From the NCBI GenBank assembly GCA_963665845.2, contig OY762492.1, positions 1,600,001 to 1,664,000 of the forward strand: a stretch of DNA of 64,000 bases, given 5' to 3'. The notes below the pieces were generated by a model. It had not been told where the DNA came from and did not search any database. It was given only the letters and a program-made list of their open reading frames with translations. Positions within the stretch are counted from its first letter, which is position 1. Every line of letters begins with the position of its first letter. Below, piece after piece: positions 59,358 through 64,000 of this stretch. The position numbers and the translations under genes are program-made. This DNA is from Candidatus Poribacteria bacterium. Lineage in GTDB: Bacteria > Poribacteria > WGA-4E > GCA-2687025.

Positions 59358-60338
59358 TCATTTCCCCTTGTCAACGTCTGCCGTTTTCAAAAACACCTCG
59401 GACGGTTTGACCTTACAATGCTCCAGCAAGGTCTTTGCGTTTCTGAATATATGGGCGGTTATTAAGTCTTTTTCGAAATAATATCTGCCGTTGTTGATGG
59501 TCCCTGGTCGTGCCATTTCCCGCCCAGTTCCATGAACGTTTGATGCGCTGACGATATATTTCATACTGCGCGGGCTAACACATACGGGTAATTTGTCGGC
59601 AGTCAGAATGTTTTCTTCGCAAAGCCATTCAGCTGTCGTCATGAGTATAGCGATCCAGCTTGTAATGCTGCGTTCGCTTCCATCGGGTAAACGTATCGCG
59701 GATGGTGATGGAGCTCCTGTTTTCGGGAGATATTCCGACAGCCGAACCCAGTTGCCGTCAGAGGGCGGCTCTGGAGTTGGCGTCGGGATCGGGTGGGGTT
59801 TCGGCTCTGGCGCTATCGGTCCGGACTTGAAAACCGTATCTGCCGCCTTCACTGGTTGATCCGACGCCAAATTCGGCCGCCACAGCGTCAACAGCTTCAG
59901 CGCGCACTCATGCGTCGGCATTTTGGCAATTTCCACGTTCAATCTACATTTCTCTTCGAACGACCCTCGTTCAAAGACGCTGTACAGCTCCCACTTGTTG
60001 CCGTCAGACAAGCAAGCGTATCCGATGTCGGCTCGAATCGCGTAGTTCAACATCTGCGCCAGATGTTTATCGTCAAACGGCGCGCCGAGTTTTTTGGCTT
60101 CGATGACAGCGGACGATTTGCCGTCGGGTTTCATCAACGCATAGTCGGCGCGCTCATTTCCAATGCTGTACTCTAGACGAACGATCGTTGGGTCTTCGAC
60201 CTCCCATCCGAGCGCGCGCAAAAGCGGGTTGATGAGAGAGGAGCGCGTCCGCGTTTCGTTTTCGCTCAGTTCCTGTCGATGCCGCTCAATGCGCTTTTTC
60301 AGCGTCTCGATCGTTTCGGCGAGGGCGTCTAAGTTCAT
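59358..60338 (-). CDS. HsdR_N-like nuclease paralog 2
   Basis: Same motifs; Pro-rich linker. Confidence 0.85.
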   Translation of the reverse strand: MNLDALAETIETLKKRIERHRQELSENETRTRSSLINPLLRALGWEVEDPTIVRLEYSIGNERADYALMKPDGKSSAVIEAKKLGAPFDDKHLAQMLNYAIRADIGYACLSDGNKWELYSVFERGSFEEKCRLNVEIAKMPTHECALKLLTLWRPNLASDQPVKAADTVFKSGPIAPEPKPHPIPTPTPEPPSDGNWVRLSEYLPKTGAPSPSAIRLPDGSERSITSWIAILMTTAEWLCEENILTADKLPVCVSPRSMKYIVSASNVHGTGREMARPGTINNGRYYFEKDLITAHIFRNAKTLLEHCKVKPSEVFLKTADVDKGK

Positions 60339-61378
60339 GCGTCATCCTCCTCATCAACGGTGGCAAATTTCAAATAAACCTGGGACGGATCCTGGACGCA
60401 ATGCTTCAGCAATGTCCTTGTGCTTTCGCACAAATCGATGGGTCCTAGGTTTTTATCAACATAATATCTGCCGTTGTTGATGGTCCCTGGTCGTCGCATT
60501 TCCCTCCCATTTCCATGAGCGTTTGATTCGCTGACGATATATTTCATACTGCGCGGGCTAACGCGTACGGGTAATTTGTCGGTTGTCAAATGGTTTTTTT
60601 CGCAAAGCCACTCGGCTGTCTTAATGAGTACAGCGGTCCAGCTTGCAATAATGTGTTCGTTTTCACCGGGCAAACATATCGCGGCGGGTTGCGGCGCTTT
60701 TTTCTTCTGCGGATGACACTCCGACAGCCGAATCCAGTTGCCGCCAGGGGGCGGTTCTGGACTTGGCGTCGGGGACGGATTAGGTTCCGGTTCTGGCGTT
60801 ATCGGTTCGGGATTTTCCGGCGAGTTGGTATCCTTCTCCTCCATTTCCTCCTCATGGACGACGATGACCGGCTTCTTGGCATTCTTCACTTTGCCGGACG
60901 CCAAATTCAACCGCCAGAGCGATAGTAGCTCCAGCGCGCACTCATGCGGCTCATCCTTCAGAATCGAAGCGGCGGCGATGCGTTTCTCATGGATTGGTTT
61001 GGGGATATGCACTTCGTAAAGCTGCCACAGGTCGCCGTTGACGATGCCGGCATATTCGATCCCATGCTTTATTGCATAGCCGATCATCTGATCGAGATGG
61101 CCGTCCAGCGGTTCGTCCAGCTTTTTCGCTTCGATGACAGCGGTGGGCTTCTCCTCGGCATTGGCGCCATGGAGCGCATAGTCGGCGCGCAGATTGCCGA
61201 CATTGTATTCCAGCGTGACGAGCGCAGGGTCGGCGGGATCCCAGCCGAGCGCTTTGAGGATCGGATTGATGAGCGCCCCGCGCGTTCGCGTTTCGTTTTC
61301 GCTCAATGTTTGCCGATGTTGCTCGATTCGTTTCTTGACCGTTTCAATCGCTTCGATGAGAGGGTCTAGCATTGGCAT
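60335..61378 (-). CDS. HsdR_N-like nuclease paralog 3
   Basis: Same motifs; own promoter TTGCAT-17-TATCAT at 61410-61438. Confidence 0.85.
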   Translation of the reverse strand: MPMLDPLIEAIETVKKRIEQHRQTLSENETRTRGALINPILKALGWDPADPALVTLEYNVGNLRADYALHGANAEEKPTAVIEAKKLDEPLDGHLDQMIGYAIKHGIEYAGIVNGDLWQLYEVHIPKPIHEKRIAAASILKDEPHECALELLSLWRLNLASGKVKNAKKPVIVVHEEEMEEKDTNSPENPEPITPEPEPNPSPTPSPEPPPGGNWIRLSECHPQKKKAPQPAAICLPGENEHIIASWTAVLIKTAEWLCEKNHLTTDKLPVRVSPRSMKYIVSESNAHGNGREMRRPGTINNGRYYVDKNLGPIDLCESTRTLLKHCVQDPSQVYLKFATVDEEDDA

Positions 61379-61519
61379 CGCTTTCTTTGAAAATGCATGG
61401 CGATTTTGTATGATAGCGCTGTTTTTTGGCGAATGCAAACGCCGTCGAATCCAGCTTGACACATGGGCGCGGCTAAAACCCCCTAGCCCCCTTTTCAAGG
61501 GGGAATCGGACGCGGCGGC

Positions 61520-61609
61520 GCGCGTTTCGTTTTCGCTCAATTCTTGTCGATGGCGCTCAATGCGCTTTTTCAGCGTCTCAATCGTCTCGGCGAGGGCGTC
61601 TAAGATCAT
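61520..61609 (-). pseudogene. 5' remnant (30 codons) of a fifth paralog truncated at a family-B repeat
   Basis: MILDALAETIETLKKRIERHRQELSENETR, then repeat B at 61477-61519. Confidence 0.75.
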
Positions 61610-62571
61610 CCGTCGCTCTCCTCATCAACGGTGGCAAATTTCAAATAAACCTCGGACGGATCCTGACCGCAATGCTCCAGCAATTTCCTTGCGTTGTTGC
61701 AGATCTGGACGCATCTCAAATCTTTATCGACATAATATCTTCCGTTGTTGATGGCGCCCCAGCTTTTCATTCCTTTCCCATTTTTATCAAAGTTTGAAGT
61801 GTTGACGATATATTTAACGGGACCTGCTGGTACAGGCACATTGCCGTCAGTCAGAAGGTCTTTTTCGCAAAGCCACTCGGCTGTATCCATGAGTACATTG
61901 ATCCAGTACTTAATACTGTGTTCGCTTTTATCGGGCAAACGTATCTCGGAGGGGGGCGGGTCTCCTATCTTCGGGCGGCACTCCGACAGCGGAACCCAGT
62001 TGACGTCAGGGGGCGGTGGCGGTACCCGCTGACCGGATCCGCCTGACGGATTGCCGGACGCCAAATTCGGTCGCCACAGCGCTAGCAGCTCCAGCGCGCA
62101 CTCATGCGGCGGGTCCTCAACGATGGATATTTCAACTCTGGAAATGTAGATGCGGCGGCGCCCCTTAATCGGACCCTGCTCAAAGAGCGGACCCTGTTCA
62201 AAGAAGGTGTAAAGTTCCCATCGATTTCCGTTCGTCAGCCCTGCATATCCGACGTTTGCGAGGTCGGCGTAGTTGAGCGCTTGCATACGGTGTTTCTCCA
62301 GCGGTTCATCTAGCTTTTTCGCTTCGATGACGGCGAAAAGCTTCCCTTTGTCACCGGGGCCGCAGAGCGCGTAGTCAACGCCCTGAGCGCCGAATTTGAA
62401 CTCCGACTTGACGAGCTCTGGATTGGCGAGATCCCAGCCGAGCGCTTTGAGGATCGGATTGATGAGCGCGTCGCACGTCTGCTTTTCGTTTTTTTCCAAA
62501 TCCGGCCGATATCGATCGATTTGTTTCTTGACCGTTTCAATCGCTTCGATGAGGGGGTCTAGCATTGGCAT
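61606..62571 (-). CDS. HsdR_N-like nuclease paralog 4
   Basis: VDYAL, IEAKK, QALNY, LTNGNRW; shorter linker. Confidence 0.85.
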   Translation of the reverse strand: MPMLDPLIEAIETVKKQIDRYRPDLEKNEKQTCDALINPILKALGWDLANPELVKSEFKFGAQGVDYALCGPGDKGKLFAVIEAKKLDEPLEKHRMQALNYADLANVGYAGLTNGNRWELYTFFEQGPLFEQGPIKGRRRIYISRVEISIVEDPPHECALELLALWRPNLASGNPSGGSGQRVPPPPPDVNWVPLSECRPKIGDPPPSEIRLPDKSEHSIKYWINVLMDTAEWLCEKDLLTDGNVPVPAGPVKYIVNTSNFDKNGKGMKSWGAINNGRYYVDKDLRCVQICNNARKLLEHCGQDPSEVYLKFATVDEESDG

Positions 62572-62602
62572 CGCTTTCTTTGAAAATGCATGGCGATTTT
62601 GT

Positions 62603-62677
62603 ATGATAGCGCTGTTTTTTGGCGATTGCAAACGCCGTCGAATCGAGCTTGACACACGGGCGCGGCGTCTATATAAA
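62603..62677. promoter_or_regulatory. Back-to-back sigma70 promoters
   Basis: Minus strand TTGCAA-17-TATCAT (62603-62631); plus strand TTGACA-17-TATAAA (62649-62677). Confidence 0.7.
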
Positions 62678-62719
62678 GAGTCAGGCATGAACTTAGGCTT
62701 TTGGATGGAGCGCGCCTTT

Positions 62720-63526
62720 ATGTCGGCGATTGAGTGGACAGACGCGACCTGGAACCCCGTGACCGGATGCAGTCGCGTGTCGCCTGGCTGCGACAACTGC
62801 TATATGTTCGCCATGTATCCGCGCCTGCGCGCGATGAACGTGCGCGGTTATGAAACCCAGCCGGACGATGTCCAGATGATGCGGGAGCGGCTGAACGCGC
62901 CGTTGAGATGGGTGAAGCCGGGCCTTGTGTTTGTCAACAGCATGTCGGACCTGTTTCATCCGAAGGTGGATTTTGAGTTCATTGCCGAGATTTTTCATGT
63001 GATGCGGGAGGCGTCGGAGCGTCGGGGGCATCTGTTTCAGGTGTTGACGAAGCGGCCGGGCCGCGCTGTGGCATGGTGGAAGCGGCATAGCGGCGAGTTT
63101 GACGGCGTGTGGCCGCCGAATGTGTGGATGGGAACCTCGGTTGAGAATCAGAAGTATGCGCCGCGTTTGACGGTGTTGTCGCGCTTGCCGGCGCAAGTGC
63201 GGTTTGTGTCGGCGGAACCGCTGCTGGGTCCGCTGGACTTGACGGAATGGCTGGAGGCGGGGGAGCTTCATTGGGTGATCGCCGGCGGAGAAAGCGGAGC
63301 GGGCGCGCGACCGATGAAATTGGAATGGGCGGCGCAGCTGCGGGATCAGTGTTTAGCGTCGGGCGTTCCGTTCTTTTTGAAGCAGCTGGGGGGCAGGTGG
63401 AATCGGCGTCGGGGCGGCGCGGCTGTATTGGACGGACGGCGCTGGACGGAGACGCCTACTCGTCAAAGCGCTCCCTACATCCATTCATATAACGCTTCAG
63501 AACGCTCCAACGGCATCTTATTTTAA
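62720..63526 (+). CDS. DUF5131 (phage Gp37/Gp68) family protein
   Basis: IEWTDATWNPVTGCSRVSPGCDNCY, FVNSMSDLFH, LTKRP, SAEPLLG, WVIAGGESG, PFFLKQ. Confidence 0.93.
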   Translation: MSAIEWTDATWNPVTGCSRVSPGCDNCYMFAMYPRLRAMNVRGYETQPDDVQMMRERLNAPLRWVKPGLVFVNSMSDLFHPKVDFEFIAEIFHVMREASERRGHLFQVLTKRPGRAVAWWKRHSGEFDGVWPPNVWMGTSVENQKYAPRLTVLSRLPAQVRFVSAEPLLGPLDLTEWLEAGELHWVIAGGESGAGARPMKLEWAAQLRDQCLASGVPFFLKQLGGRWNRRRGGAAVLDGRRWTETPTRQSAPYIHSYNASERSNGILF

Positions 63527-63553
63527 TTCAGCAACGTCTGCAGGCGCCGTTGC

Positions 63554-63760
63554 CTGATCTTACGTCTTTAGTTGGGACATTCCGTCTGGCGAATGCGGAC
63601 GGTTTCTGCCATGACTCTGGATTCCCGCTTACGCGGGAATGACGTTTTGTGCCGACAGACGCTTGAGGTGAACGCGGACGTCGTCTGCGGCGCCTAAGAT
63701 TCCCGCGCGTTTTACCGCAAGGGCGGGAATGACGGGTCTGGTTGGCGGCGCTTTTTTCCT
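63554..63760. repeat. Partial family D element with two A palindromes
   Basis: CTGATCTTACGTCTTTAGTTGGGACA end; the other TIR is missing. Confidence 0.65.
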
Positions 63761-63762
63761 AA

Positions 63763-64000
63763 TTATCTCAGCCTGCGCTCTCTCTCTTCGCGGTTTCGTT
63801 GGCGCATTTCGATGGCGAGTTGTCGTTTGGCGCGTTCTCGTTCGCGTATTCGGCGCCGTTCCTGCGACCTTTTTTCGATGGCGGACAGCGGTCGGTTTCG
63901 GTTTCGGCGCCACTGAAAACGGACCGGCACGCGCGGCTTCGGCATCGGTATCTTTTGCAGCAGTTCGCGCAGTTTGACGATCCATCCGGGTATGGAGCGC
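63763..64000 (-). CDS. 3' end of a gene starting outside the window (Arg-rich tail)
   Basis: Open frame RSIPGWIVKLRELLQKIPMPKPR... ending at TAA 63763. Confidence 0.5.
   Translation of the reverse strand, partial: RSIPGWIVKLRELLQKIPMPKPRVPVRFQWRRNRNRPLSAIEKRSQERRRIRERERAKRQLAIEMRQRNREERERRLR

Noticed and set aside
58407-62571. Type I restriction-modification system
   Set aside because: Only the N-terminal nuclease-like domain is present; no helicase motifs, hsdM or hsdS.
57925-64000. Prophage or integrative element at tRNA-Leu
   Set aside because: No integrase or att duplication in the window, and the array lies on the tRNA's 5' side. DUF5131 alone is insufficient evidence.

Overview
GC-rich bacterial window, mostly housekeeping and nutrient genes. 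These include a sulfatase, moeA, glnD, dnaK, msrB, dgoD, alaS, tRNA-Leu(GAG) and a complete heme-uptake operon with an ECF sigma factor. Many uncharacterised secreted beta-propeller, WD40 and TPR proteins are also present. The gene style (PhyH, ankyrin fusion, C-terminal '...W(G/A)D(I/L)K' tails) suggests a Candidatus Poribacteria-like organism, which is an inference. Most long intergenic regions hold nested composites of at least five short repeat or MITE families, and one hosts a frameshifted IS1595-family element with perfect TIRs and an 8-bp TSD. The most striking locus lies beside tRNA-Leu: four tandem, mosaic genes encoding an HsdR_N-type PD-(D/E)xK nuclease, a Pro-rich linker and a variable C-terminal domain. 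No methyltransferase is present, and the array is divergently transcribed from a DUF5131 gene. Other leads are an orphan promoter/40-aa ORF/fold-back RNA unit and two sigma54 promoters, one with triple upstream palindromes. All product calls come from motif recognition by eye; no searches were run.
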